DNA from: Promethearchaeota archaeon
Lineage (GTDB): Archaea; Asgardarchaeota; Lokiarchaeia; Sigyniarchaeales; SOKP01
DNA length: 64,000 nt
Direction of reading: 5' to 3'
NCBI GenBank assembly: GCA_048939015.1
Contig: JBHLPW010000003.1
Location: 1 to 64,000, forward strand
Shown: piece by piece, positions 19,574-29,793 of the stretch
Numbering within the stretch: position 1 is the first letter of the stretch
How the letters are laid out: each line of letters starts with the position of its first letter
Position numbers and translations under genes: made by a program
Notes under the pieces: generated by a model
What the model was told of the DNA's origin: nothing
Databases searched by the model: none
Seen by the model: only the letters and a program-made list of their open reading frames with translations

Positions 19574-19757
19574 AGCTAACAATTATTTTTATCCTTTAAT
19601 TACATCCTACTGATAAGAAACAGAATATATAAAGGTTATTAGAACAAAACTTTTCATATTTATTATATAATTGATATCTTAATTAGAATTCAATCACTAT
19701 TTATACCTATTATTAGAATTTTATTAAAGGTTTAAATAATAAATCTGGTCTGAAATC

Positions 19758-21488
19758 ATGAGTTTAATAATAAAACTAGCTTATTTGTTTAGTCCTTTTA
19801 TTAGATTAATCAACTCGATAAAAAGGATTGCATCTCGTTATAGTAGACATTTTGGGGCATCAAAGCCATCTAATACTCTATTTAAACTAGGGTCATGGAA
19901 TGGTGATGTCCTTGTCCAAACAAAGTATGGTTTAGTATCTGGTTTTTTAGATAAAGGATCTTGGTGCTGGAAGGGAATTCCCTATGCCAATCCTCCAGAG
20001 GGGGAGCTTCGCTGGAAAGCTCCACTTGATCCTACTCCCTGGATCGGAACCCGCAAAACAAAAAAGTTTGGAAGTTCTTCTGCACAAACCATGCCTTTTT
20101 TAGGTTCAATTGGTTCAGAGGATTGTCTTTATCTTAATATTTGGCGTCCTAAAACACCAGATACAAAATTACCAGTCTATTTATATATCCATGGAGGGGG
20201 AAATTCAATTGGATCATCTGCGGATGTTTCCTATTATGGGAATGCGATTGTTGAGAAATGTAACTTATTATATATCTCAGTTAATTACCGTCTTGGAGCA
20301 ATGGGGTGGTTAAAACATCCTGCAGTGACAAATAATGGTTCTCCTGAAGATAAAAGCGGGAATTTTGGTACTCTTGATCTGATAAAAGCTTTAGAATGGG
20401 TACGAGATAATATAGAAGCATTTGGAGGGGATCCTAATAATCTTACGATTGCAGGGGAATCCGGTGGTGCTTTCAATGTTCTCTCACTTCTTATCTCGCC
20501 TCATGCAAAAGGACTTTTCCATCATGCTATAGTTGAAAGTGGATTATCTCTTATGGGGAGTACTGATACTGCAGAGACCCAAAGTAATGATCTTCTTATT
20601 AATCTCCTCATAAAGGATCGTAAAGCAAAGAATCAAGTAGAGGCTAGGGAAGTTATAGATAAAATGTCGGAAAAAGCGGTTAATCAGTATCTTCGTTCAA
20701 AATCTGCATTTAAAATTTTAAAATGTATACCCAAAATGGATTTTGGAATGGCTGAATGGCGAACTATTTTCACTGATGGTATAGTTATACCAAAAGAAGG
20801 ATTTTCTGTTTTTTCAAGTGGTGATTTTCAGGTGGTACCTATAATTATTGGTTGCACTAAAGATGAATTAAAACTTTTTGGCAATTTTAGAAAAGATCCT
20901 CCCAAGAATACAAGAAAATATGATTTAGTTTGGGGCTATCGATCACTACTGTGGCGTGTGAGTGGTCTTGATTCTTTAGTGACTAAGATGAATTCAAATA
21001 CAAATGTACCCATTTACGCTTACCGATTTGATTGGGGAAGCCCCGATAAAGATGGTGTGAGTGTTCTACCTAAAAAGATGGGACGAAACATAGGTGCTCA
21101 TCATGCTACAGAAATTCCTTTCTTTTTAGGGATGGGAAAAAGCTCTATTTCTATGCTGATTGGAAAAACACACACTAAGCGTAATAAACCTGGTCGGGAA
21201 AGATTAAAAGAATTGTGTATGAATTATCTTGCTAATTTTGCAAGAACAGGAAATCCAAACGGAGAAGGTTTACCCTATTGGCATCCTTGGGATAATACAG
21301 AAGGAAAAGACAAAATTCTTGTCCTTGATGCTACTTTTGATGATTTAAAGATTTCCTATTTAAAAGATATACTTACTGTGAAGAGTGTTATTGACCTCAT
21401 TAATTTTGAGCTTAAAGAACCTGAACTAGGGACGATCCTATCCTATCTTGATGAAAGAGTACCATTTGGAATTAATGAGCCTGGATAA
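19758..21488 (+). CDS. Type-B carboxylesterase (para-nitrobenzyl esterase-like)
   Basis: GIPYA.PP.GELRWKAP, SEDCLYLNIW, IHGGG, NYRLG, FGGDP.N.T.AGESGG and GAHHATEI. Confidence 0.93.
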   Translation: MSLIIKLAYLFSPFIRLINSIKRIASRYSRHFGASKPSNTLFKLGSWNGDVLVQTKYGLVSGFLDKGSWCWKGIPYANPPEGELRWKAPLDPTPWIGTRKTKKFGSSSAQTMPFLGSIGSEDCLYLNIWRPKTPDTKLPVYLYIHGGGNSIGSSADVSYYGNAIVEKCNLLYISVNYRLGAMGWLKHPAVTNNGSPEDKSGNFGTLDLIKALEWVRDNIEAFGGDPNNLTIAGESGGAFNVLSLLISPHAKGLFHHAIVESGLSLMGSTDTAETQSNDLLINLLIKDRKAKNQVEAREVIDKMSEKAVNQYLRSKSAFKILKCIPKMDFGMAEWRTIFTDGIVIPKEGFSVFSSGDFQVVPIIIGCTKDELKLFGNFRKDPPKNTRKYDLVWGYRSLLWRVSGLDSLVTKMNSNTNVPIYAYRFDWGSPDKDGVSVLPKKMGRNIGAHHATEIPFFLGMGKSSISMLIGKTHTKRNKPGRERLKELCMNYLANFARTGNPNGEGLPYWHPWDNTEGKDKILVLDATFDDLKISYLKDILTVKSVIDLINFELKEPELGTILSYLDERVPFGINEPG

Positions 21489-21645
21489 TAATGAAATTCT
21501 TGTAATTTTATATCTCAATTAGGTTTTCAACCTTTTTTCTTTTTCCATAAAAAAGATTTGAAATGATTAAGATTAATCATATTAATGAAATGAAAAATAG
21601 AAATATTAAAATAATAAAGGAATTTTAGGAGATAAAAAATTGGAA

Positions 21646-23664
21646 TTAATCTTCATCCCAATCAACGTCTACAACTTTCTTTTTCTTATCTTCTTCCTTT
21701 TCTTTTTTGTATGTTGCTCCACCAGCACCAGTTTCACCTGGGGGGGCTCCGCCCATACCTCCTGGAGGGACTCCACCCATTCCACCAGGTGGAACACCAC
21801 CCATACCACCAGCTGCGCGCTGAGCCTGTTCAGCAGCTTGTTGGTATACCTGATCTTGAGCTTGAGTTTGATAAATTCTTTGAGAAAAGCTGTACATAGA
21901 CTTCTGAAGATTTTCAATACCTAATTTGATTCTCTGGACGTCATCAGTTTTGATATCCTCTTCCAAGGATGCTATAGCAGCTTCAATCTCTTTCTTCTCA
22001 TTTTCTTGGATCTTATCTTTATTATCTTCCATTAATTTCCGAGTTTGATAAATCATTGAATCTGCATTGTTTTTAGCTTCGACTAATTCTCTCACTTTTT
22101 GGTCTTCTTCTTCAAATTGTTCTGCGGTTTGGACTTTTTCCCTAATTTCCTCTGGAGTCAACCCTTGAGAACCTGTAACCGTAATCCCCGTTTCTTTTCC
22201 TGTTCCTAAATCCTTCGCAGTTACATGCACGATTCCGTCAGCATCAATTGAAAATTTTACTTCAATTTGAGGAATACCTCGAGGCGCTGGTGGAATACCT
22301 GTTAAATGAAACATTCCTAAAGATATATTATCTTTAGCCATTGCTCGCTCTCCCTGAAGGACGTTTATAGTGACTGCAGGTTGATTATCAGCTGCTGTAC
22401 TGAAAACTTGACTTTTTTCAGTAGGAATTGTGCTGTTTCTTTCAATTAATTTAGTGAATACACCACCTAATGTTTCTACACCTAATGAAAGTGGAGTAAC
22501 ATCAAGAAGTAATAAATCTTCAACATCTCCTGCAATTACACCCCCCTGTATTGATGCTCCAATAGCAACACATTCCATTGGATCAACAGAATGCTCAGGT
22601 TCTTTTCCACCAAAGAATTTCTTGAACCTTTGTTGAACAGATGGCATTCTTGTAGGACCACCAACTAATATCACTTTATCAACATTATTAGGTGCTAATT
22701 TTGCATCTGAAATAGCTCTTTGCATAATTGGATCAAGTCTTCTGAGAGTAGGCTCTATTAAAGACTCTAGTTTTGCTCTAGTAAGTTCCATGGTTAAATG
22801 AACGGGTTCTCCTCCTTTTTGACTTATATAGGGGAGATTGATAGTAGTGGAAAGTGTAGTGGATAATTCAATCTTAGCTTTTTCACCAGCATCTTTAATC
22901 CTTATCCATGCCTTTGAATCACCCTTTAAATCGATTCCTTCCTTCTTTTTGAATTCTTCGGTTACCCAATCAATTATTTGATTATCCATATCAGTTCCAC
23001 CAAGCTGGGTGTCACCAGCGGTGGATAGGACCTCAACAACTCCTTCTCCATATTCCATGATAGTGATATCAAAAGTACCCCCTCCAAGGTCTAATACACA
23101 AATTTTCATTAATTTATCCTTTGTGTCTTTGTCTAAACCATAAGCTAAGCATGCAGCTGTAGGCTCATTAATCATACGAACTACTTCAAGACCAGCAATT
23201 TCTCCCGCATTTTTGGTAGCCGTACGTTGAGCATCGTTAAAATAAGCGGGTACGGTAATTACAGCTTTCTTAACTTCTTCTCCCAAATATGCTGATGCAT
23301 CTGTTTTGATTTTTTTTAAGATCATGGCACTTATTTCTTCAGGTGAGAATTCTTGCCATTTATCCCCCACCTTCAATTTTGCTTTGTAAGAAGTTCCCAT
23401 CTTTCTTTTAATCGCTGTTATAGTACCATCAGGGTTCGACACAGCTTGACGCCGTGCGGGTTCTCCTACTATTTTTCGTCCATTTTCATCGAACGCAACA
23501 TATGATGGAAAGGCTTTTCCTCCAAGAGTTCTACCTTCGGCTGCAGGTACAATCTCTGGTTTACCAGTTCCTGTCAAAACTGCACAAGCACTATTAGATG
23601 TTCCCAGGTCTATTCCTATTATTTTCTCTTTTCTTTTTGGTTTTTCAGTTTGGTCTTCACTCAT
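21646..23664 (-). CDS. dnaK: Chaperone DnaK (Hsp70)
   Basis: [42 protein letters not shown] and [14 protein letters not shown]. Confidence 0.99.
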   Translation of the reverse strand: MSEDQTEKPKRKEKIIGIDLGTSNSACAVLTGTGKPEIVPAAEGRTLGGKAFPSYVAFDENGRKIVGEPARRQAVSNPDGTITAIKRKMGTSYKAKLKVGDKWQEFSPEEISAMILKKIKTDASAYLGEEVKKAVITVPAYFNDAQRTATKNAGEIAGLEVVRMINEPTAACLAYGLDKDTKDKLMKICVLDLGGGTFDITIMEYGEGVVEVLSTAGDTQLGGTDMDNQIIDWVTEEFKKKEGIDLKGDSKAWIRIKDAGEKAKIELSTTLSTTINLPYISQKGGEPVHLTMELTRAKLESLIEPTLRRLDPIMQRAISDAKLAPNNVDKVILVGGPTRMPSVQQRFKKFFGGKEPEHSVDPMECVAIGASIQGGVIAGDVEDLLLLDVTPLSLGVETLGGVFTKLIERNSTIPTEKSQVFSTAADNQPAVTINVLQGERAMAKDNISLGMFHLTGIPPAPRGIPQIEVKFSIDADGIVHVTAKDLGTGKETGITVTGSQGLTPEEIREKVQTAEQFEEEDQKVRELVEAKNNADSMIYQTRKLMEDNKDKIQENEKKEIEAAIASLEEDIKTDDVQRIKLGIENLQKSMYSFSQRIYQTQAQDQVYQQAAEQAQRAAGGMGGVPPGGMGGVPPGGMGGAPPGETGAGGATYKKEKEEDKKKKVVDVDWDED
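21737..21810 (-). repeat. 24-bp coding repeat x3 (GGMGG[V/A]PP) in the DnaK tail
   Basis: The translation reads [24 protein letters not shown]. Confidence 0.9.
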
Positions 23665-23908
23665 TGCAATCTCATCTTATTTTCTTGGATTTGATTGTAT
23701 TTATACTATTAATTTTGAATGATTTATTAGAATATAATAATTTAATTATTTTAAATTGTAAATCTACTACTATTGTTAGGTAATTAAAATACAATTAAAA
23801 ATTTTATTTATAAAGATCTCTAAGTCATAAAATTAAAAAAAGTTTATCGATTTTTAAACATATAATCACATTTCAATACATTTCATTATGAATTAGGTGA
23901 GAAATAGT

Positions 23909-24730
23909 ATGGCAGACAGTAATGACAATAATATAAAAGATGGAGTTGAACAAGAAATGTCTTCTGAGATCAAGGCAGAAGAAAAACAAGGAAATACCGA
24001 AACTGAAACGTCTACTGAAGAAGTAAAACAATTAGAAGAAAAAGAGCATTATGAATTAGATTATTTTTCTAAAGAGGATTTGGTTAAAGAAAAAGAAAAA
24101 CTCGAAAAAGAATTAAAGGAATTAAAAGAAAAGACTGAGAAATTACAGAAAGAAAATGGTGAATCGAAGAATAAATTCATGCATCTTCAAGCTGAATTTG
24201 AAAACGCACAGAAAAGATGGGACAAAAACCGTCAAAATTTGAGAATTGAATACACAGCTTCCGTATTAAGAAATTTCTTACCTTTATATGACTCCTTTAA
24301 GAAAGCTCTTGAAAGTGCGAACGATGCCGAAAAGAAGATTATTGAGGGCTTTTACAACCAATTTATGAATATTTTTAAATCCTATGGTGCTGAGCCTATT
24401 AAGGTAGAAATTAACAATGAATTTGATTATAGTATCCATGAAGCATTAACATCAATTGAAAAAGAAGATGTTCCAGAGAATAGCATTTTAGAAATAGTTC
24501 AGGATGGATTCAAATATGGAAAAGAAATTATCCGCTATACTAAAGTTATAACCTCAAGAAAACCAAAATCTCCTGAACCAGAACCTGAAGAAAAATTGGT
24601 TGAAGGAGAGGTAGCTGAAGAATCAACTACAGAAGAAGATAGACCTGTTGATAAAGAAGTAGAAGAAAAACAAGCAAAAGAAAAAAAGCACAAAAAGCAT
24701 AAGAAAGAAGAAGATAAAGAAAGTTCATAA
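23909..24730 (+). CDS. grpE: Nucleotide exchange factor GrpE, with an acidic/basic C-terminal extension
   Basis: LQAEFENAQKR, FLPLYDSFKKA, FDYSIHEAL and VQDGFKY...IIR. The ATG at 23909 follows the SD-like AGGTGA and is preferred over GTG 23897. Confidence 0.93.
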   Translation: MADSNDNNIKDGVEQEMSSEIKAEEKQGNTETETSTEEVKQLEEKEHYELDYFSKEDLVKEKEKLEKELKELKEKTEKLQKENGESKNKFMHLQAEFENAQKRWDKNRQNLRIEYTASVLRNFLPLYDSFKKALESANDAEKKIIEGFYNQFMNIFKSYGAEPIKVEINNEFDYSIHEALTSIEKEDVPENSILEIVQDGFKYGKEIIRYTKVITSRKPKSPEPEPEEKLVEGEVAEESTTEEDRPVDKEVEEKQAKEKKHKKHKKEEDKESS

Positions 24731-24818
24731 TCAATAATTTGATATTTATTTATCTTAACCTAAAAGATTAATAATTTTAATTTGCTTTCTAACTTAAAAA
24801 TAAAAATAAAGATTAAAC

Positions 24819-25073
24819 ATGGCTGAAGAACCACAACTCCCTCCTCTCCCAGCAATCACAGATGATTGGGACCGTAAGAAAAGATTTGTTGAAAAAAAAC
24901 ATACTATTGTCAAATGTGGTGAATGTAAAGAGAGTTATTCACGTTTGTTCACACCTGGAGATTTTGTATTTAAGAAATTAACTGGTGAGGAATGTGAAAA
25001 ATGTCATAGGGCCAAATCCTTAACAGTTGTAGAGATCTATTCTGAATGGATTGATCCTAAGAAAAATAAATAG
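24819..25073 (+). CDS. Small zinc-ribbon protein
   Basis: 84 aa with CGEC...CEKC and the motif R.F..GDFVFK. Confidence 0.75.
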   Translation: MAEEPQLPPLPAITDDWDRKKRFVEKKHTIVKCGECKESYSRLFTPGDFVFKKLTGEECEKCHRAKSLTVVEIYSEWIDPKKNK

Positions 25074-25080
25074 TATTTAA

Positions 25081-25719
25081 TTATTTCCTTATCCTTTTTC
25101 TATTAATCCATATATATAGACATCCTAAAGCTATACCAAATGCTATCAGAATTGAGACAGACATAAAAAACCCTGGAATACCGAGAGTATTGATATCAAA
25201 AAAATAATAGATATAATTTCCTGTTATTGTCCCATAAATGACTGCAAATATGATATAGCATAATGGATATATCATCCAATAAAGTAAATAGTTCCACTTA
25301 TATTGCATTTGAATTTCTGTTAATATCCAATCAATAATGAAGGCAATTGGAGTAATATAATGTAGAACTAGATTACTAAATGCTGCCCATCCTGTTGGTT
25401 GGTAAAATGGACTCAGTAAGATTGCAAAGACCACGAAAGTTATTGTTATATACATAGTAAAAGCACCTTTGAGAGGCCCCATAATTTTACTAAGAGATTC
25501 TGGTTTATTATGCCATAAAATTGCTAGTGTAAACCATATAGTTATTATAGAGTTAGTTTGTATTGTGAAAGCTATAAAGCTATTAAACCATTCGAGGAAC
25601 GGACGACCATATATAACAGCATAGACAATTGGACTTGTTATAAAAGTAAACCAACTTAGTGCTGCAAAAATAATACGATAAATTAAGAGATTTTTGCCTG
25701 AAAGTGTTAAATTTTTCAT
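25081..25719 (-). CDS. Pr6Pr / FAR-17a-AIG1-like integral membrane protein
   Basis: About 6 TM helices; FTIQTN, LHYITP...DW, YPL.Y and YYFFD motifs. Confidence 0.8.
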   Translation of the reverse strand: MKNLTLSGKNLLIYRIIFAALSWFTFITSPIVYAVIYGRPFLEWFNSFIAFTIQTNSIITIWFTLAILWHNKPESLSKIMGPLKGAFTMYITITFVVFAILLSPFYQPTGWAAFSNLVLHYITPIAFIIDWILTEIQMQYKWNYLLYWMIYPLCYIIFAVIYGTITGNYIYYFFDINTLGIPGFFMSVSILIAFGIALGCLYIWINRKRIRK

Positions 25720-25795
25720 TTTTATAAACTCCTAATAAATATTTAGATGTGTATTAAGCAAGAACAATGATATTAAAACTATTCTCTTATGGATA

Positions 25796-25842
25796 TCTCG
25801 AGTCCTAGCATCTTTATACTAAGATTTGCCATCGAGTAAGGA
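25796..25842. repeat. Direct repeat copy 1: displaced duplicate of the meaB 3' end (att-like)
   Basis: 44/47 nt identical to 29799..29845. Confidence 0.92.
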
Positions 25843-25873
25843 ACATAAAAAAAAAGAAAAGAAAAAATTTTAA

Positions 25874-28800
25874 TTATTTATTTAATGCTTTTTCTTTTTT
25901 ACGCTTTTGATATATTCTTATAGAAATTATAGTAGCAGCTCCTAATAAAACAGGAACTACCATGTCAAAGCCTGGCACTGTAGGAGGAGGATTAGAAGGA
26001 GGATTAGGTTCTTCCCCAACAGTTGTAAATGTCCAATCCGGAGATTGAGCTGTACTTATTCCATCATCGGCTACTACATACCATGAATAAGTGGTTTCCG
26101 CTGAAAGTCCTGACCAAGTTGCCGAAGCTGTACCACTCCCACCGATGATTATATCCGTACCTATTACACTGCTATCTGAAGCATCATAAAAAGTAACTGT
26201 TAAGTCATCCCCATTACCATCGTAAACATCAACACTTAATGTAGGATTATAATCAATATTCATTGCCAGATCACTTGGAGATGGATTTGTTGGTTCATTT
26301 GGTATTTGATTTATAGTAAATGACCATGTAGTAGATTGATTAGTATTTAACCCATCATCTGCTATTGCATACCATGAATAAGTGATTCCCAGTGAAAGGC
26401 CAAACCAGGGTATCGAAGCTGTACCAATCCCACCAGAGACAATATTGGAAGTTATTACACTATCATCAGATGCGTCATAAAATGTGACTGTTAAGTCATC
26501 TCCATCACTATCGTAAACATCGACACTTAATGTAGGATTATTATTAATGATGATTGCGCCATCAAATGGAGATGGATTTGTTGGTTCATTTGGTATATGA
26601 CCTGTAATAAATGACCATGTAGTAGACTTACTTTTATTTAACCCATCATCAGCAATTGCATACCATGAATAAGTGGTTCCCGGTAAAAGACCCGACCAAA
26701 TAACAGAAGCTGTACCACTCCCGCCATAGACAATATCGGAATTTATTACACTGTCATCCGATGCGTTATAAAATGTAACGGTTAAGTCATCCCCATCATC
26801 ATCGAACACGTCTACACTTAATGTAGGATTAAAATTAACGTTAAGTGCACCATCACTCGGAGATGGATTTATGGGCTCATTAGGTACAAGATTAGTAGTA
26901 AATGACCAAGTAACAGACTTACTTTTATTTAACCCATCATCAGCAATTGCATACCATGAATAAGTGGTTCCCGGTAAAAGACCCGACCAAATAACAGAAG
27001 CTGTACCACTCCCGCCATAGACAATATCGGAATTTATTACACTGTCATCCGATGCGTTATAAAATGTAACGGTTAAGTCATCCCCATCATCATCGAACAC
27101 GTCTACGCTTAACGCAGGATTATAGTTAACATCTATGGCACCATTGCTAGGAGATGGATTGGTTGGTTCATTAGGCGTATGAACTGTGGTAAATAACCAT
27201 GTAGCAGATTTACTTTTATTTAACCCATCAGCGGCTGTTGCATACCATGAATAAGTGGTCCCCGGTAAAAGACTCGACCAAATAACAGAAGCTGTACCAC
27301 TCCCGCCATAGACAATATCGGAATCTATTACACTGTCATCCGATGCATCATAAAATGTAACGGTTAAGTCATTCCCATCATCATCGAACACGTCTACGCT
27401 TAACGCAGGATTATAGCTAACAACTGTGGCACCATTGCTAGGAGATGGATTGGTCGGCTCATGAGGTATGTGATTTATAATGAATGACCATATAGCAGAT
27501 TGATTCGTATTTAACCCATCATCCGCTATTGCATACCATGAATAAGTGATCCACGATGAAAGGCCAGACCAGGTTATCGAAGCTGTACCACTCCCACCAG
27601 AGACAATATCGGAATCTATTATACTGTTATCCGATGCGTTATAAAATGTAACGGTTAAGTTATCCCCATCATCATCGAACACGTCTACACTTAACGCAGG
27701 ATCATTGCTAACAACTATGGCACCATTGCTAGGAGATGGATTGATTGGCTTATTAGGTACATGATTAGTTGTGAATGACCATGTAGCAAATCGAACCGCC
27801 TTTGTACCATCATCTGCTATTATATACCATGAATAACTCGTACCAATTGTTAGTCCCGACCAGGTTATCGAAGCTGTACCACTCCCACCAGAGACAATAT
27901 CGAAATCTATTATACTGTCATCTGATGCATCGTAAAATGTAATATTTAAGTCATCCCCTTCTAAGTCATTCGTCTCTACACTTAATGTAGGATTATAATG
28001 AAGACCAATAGCGCCGTCAGCGGGAGATGGATCATAGATAGATAAGCTTTTTTGAATATAAGTGAGTTCTATGAATGGTGGAAAATTACTTGCATATTCA
28101 GTATAACAAATCGCGTCACCTGTAGGATTTACAGTATGATTATGGGGAGCACTAGATGTCGTAGTTTGGAGAGTTCTAGCTGTTGAAGGTGCGTGATAGA
28201 TTGGTACCCCTCCTGGATCAGTTACCAAACCGGTTAAACCCGTTACATAGGTAATGTCGTGACTATGAGTCATTGGATCATTTAAAATACCATGCGTATG
28301 TAAAGGAACTTCACTATAGATATGGCGGTGAGTTTCATTTCCTCCAGTAATTCCAGGGTCTTCCCCAGTTGCTAATCCTCTTGGAAATCTATTAACCATA
28401 TTAGGAGTACCATATGATCCATTGCATTGGTACCAACCTGAGGGGATATCTGCCATTAAATTTCCCCACATAACAATAGAACCCATAGGTAATGCATCGG
28501 TTATCACTGTATTCATTATAAAAGCTAGCTTATAATATGGGGGCAAATGGTTTGAATTTTGAGTAGTGCATTCTGTTATTCCAGCTTCGTTCATAGTATG
28601 GTTATGAGGCACATTAGCGTCATATGTATGATAAGTATCAGTAAAAAAAGACTGCGCACCACCAGGATAAACAAATGTTCCAAAAAATGCACTCATATCA
28701 TAATCATGAGTGTGACTGAATCCTTCACTAGAAAGGGAATGTGAGTGAATTGGTATATCAGTATATGTATGATTATGGGTTAAGCTTCCACCTGAAGATC

Positions 28801-29533
28801 CTGGATCCTCTCCTGAAGAGACTCCTTGGATGAACTTATCCCGAAGATCAGGCGTTCCGTCTGATCCATTGCAAATTATCCAGCCTGTAGGAAGATCTTC
28901 AATAGAGCCTGCCCACATAACTATTAATCCAATAGGTACACTCGGATCACTTGTTTCTTTCTCGATAAATGCCAACTCATAATACGGTGGGAGAATATTC
29001 TCTTCAGATGTATAACAGATAGGGTTGCCTGTTTGCTCTACTTCATGTGAATGAGTGGCAGAATCAGGAGTACTTGTTGAAGTACTATAACCCACAACCT
29101 CCGTAGTACCCCCTTCCTGACAAAGTGTAGTGGTTTGGGGTAATAAATAGTTGTGGTTGTGTTGACATTGTGCTGTACTAGTTATGCCATGATCATGATA
29201 GGGAACCATTGTATAACTATGATTATGTGAACTACTACCACCTATGGTTCCAGGTTCTTCCATAGTATCAGTACTGTAGACAAACTTATTACTTATATTT
29301 AACGTTCCACCGCTTCCATCACATAACTTCCAGCCATTTGGGATTGTATTTAGGGGTCCAGACCATAAAGCAATTATTCCTGAGTGGTCAGATTCGGCAT
29401 TAATTCTAAGATTATTCTTATTTGTAAGTCTAGTGACAAATCCTGAATTATTATAACTGTTTATAGAGAAAAGAACTAATAAAAATATAGTTACAGTTAA
29501 AAATCTCTTAGTTTTATCATTTTTTTTAAACAT
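25874..29533 (-). CDS. Cell-surface protein: 3 tandem phage-tail-collar/HxH modules + 7 Ig/FN3-like repeats + PGF-type sorting signal and TM helix
   Basis: Signal-like N-terminus; three G.I..W.G....P.GW..C[DN]G..GT....F...PP[YF]..L.[FY]I units; seven 97-aa PSP.....P.LSV...D.D...VTFY...YSWY..ADDG repeats; Pro linker, VPGF, TM helix and basic tail. Confidence 0.85.
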   Translation of the reverse strand: MFKKNDKTKRFLTVTIFLLVLFSINSYNNSGFVTRLTNKNNLRINAESDHSGIIALWSGPLNTIPNGWKLCDGSGGTLNISNKFVYSTDTMEEPGTIGGSSSHNHSYTMVPYHDHGITSTAQCQHNHNYLLPQTTTLCQEGGTTEVVGYSTSTSTPDSATHSHEVEQTGNPICYTSEENILPPYYELAFIEKETSDPSVPIGLIVMWAGSIEDLPTGWIICNGSDGTPDLRDKFIQGVSSGEDPGSSGGSLTHNHTYTDIPIHSHSLSSEGFSHTHDYDMSAFFGTFVYPGGAQSFFTDTYHTYDANVPHNHTMNEAGITECTTQNSNHLPPYYKLAFIMNTVITDALPMGSIVMWGNLMADIPSGWYQCNGSYGTPNMVNRFPRGLATGEDPGITGGNETHRHIYSEVPLHTHGILNDPMTHSHDITYVTGLTGLVTDPGGVPIYHAPSTARTLQTTTSSAPHNHTVNPTGDAICYTEYASNFPPFIELTYIQKSLSIYDPSPADGAIGLHYNPTLSVETNDLEGDDLNITFYDASDDSIIDFDIVSGGSGTASITWSGLTIGTSYSWYIIADDGTKAVRFATWSFTTNHVPNKPINPSPSNGAIVVSNDPALSVDVFDDDGDNLTVTFYNASDNSIIDSDIVSGGSGTASITWSGLSSWITYSWYAIADDGLNTNQSAIWSFIINHIPHEPTNPSPSNGATVVSYNPALSVDVFDDDGNDLTVTFYDASDDSVIDSDIVYGGSGTASVIWSSLLPGTTYSWYATAADGLNKSKSATWLFTTVHTPNEPTNPSPSNGAIDVNYNPALSVDVFDDDGDDLTVTFYNASDDSVINSDIVYGGSGTASVIWSGLLPGTTYSWYAIADDGLNKSKSVTWSFTTNLVPNEPINPSPSDGALNVNFNPTLSVDVFDDDGDDLTVTFYNASDDSVINSDIVYGGSGTASVIWSGLLPGTTYSWYAIADDGLNKSKSTTWSFITGHIPNEPTNPSPFDGAIIINNNPTLSVDVYDSDGDDLTVTFYDASDDSVITSNIVSGGIGTASIPWFGLSLGITYSWYAIADDGLNTNQSTTWSFTINQIPNEPTNPSPSDLAMNIDYNPTLSVDVYDGNGDDLTVTFYDASDSSVIGTDIIIGGSGTASATWSGLSAETTYSWYVVADDGISTAQSPDWTFTTVGEEPNPPSNPPPTVPGFDMVVPVLLGAATIISIRIYQKRKKEKALNK
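26020..28045 (-). repeat. Intragenic tandem repeat, 291-bp unit (97 aa), 7 copies
   Basis: TTTAACCCATCA recurs with a 291-bp period. The central copies are nearly identical. Confidence 0.92.
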
Positions 29534-29793
29534 TGGAATAACACCTTAAAATTTGAAAGGTATCACTGTCTAATTTGGTTTCTTAAGCTTAAAAACCTTA
29601 TGGTCAATTCTATCAGAAATTAATAAAATTCTACATTATAAGTAAAAAAAAGATAAAGAATTACTATTTATAAGTATATGAATTCAATTAATAATCTTTT
29701 CGACAAAATTTAATGTAATTTCTATTGAAATCTCTTGATTTATTGTGGATTACGTTTATTCAATATCAAAATAAGAAGTTTGAGTTCTAATTC

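Noticed and set aside
21563-21580. Perfect 8-bp inverted repeat ATGATTAA-GA-TTAATCAT between convergent genes
   Set aside because: Very AT-rich and a single occurrence, so expected by chance. At most a terminator element.
21640-22636. Short ORFs overlapping dnaK, and similar 60-160 aa shadow ORFs across the window (e.g. 16239, 31650, 52205)
   Set aside because: They are antisense or out-of-frame shadows of well-supported genes and have no recognisable motifs.
23665-23908. CIRCE/HrcA operator in the dnaK-grpE divergent region
   Set aside because: No TTAGCACTC-N9-GAGTGCTAA match, and no hrcA in the window.
25874-29533. Prophage or contractile injection system, suggested by the tail-collar domains
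   Set aside because: No capsid, terminase, sheath, tube, baseplate or integrase genes. The protein has a signal-like N-terminus and a membrane anchor.
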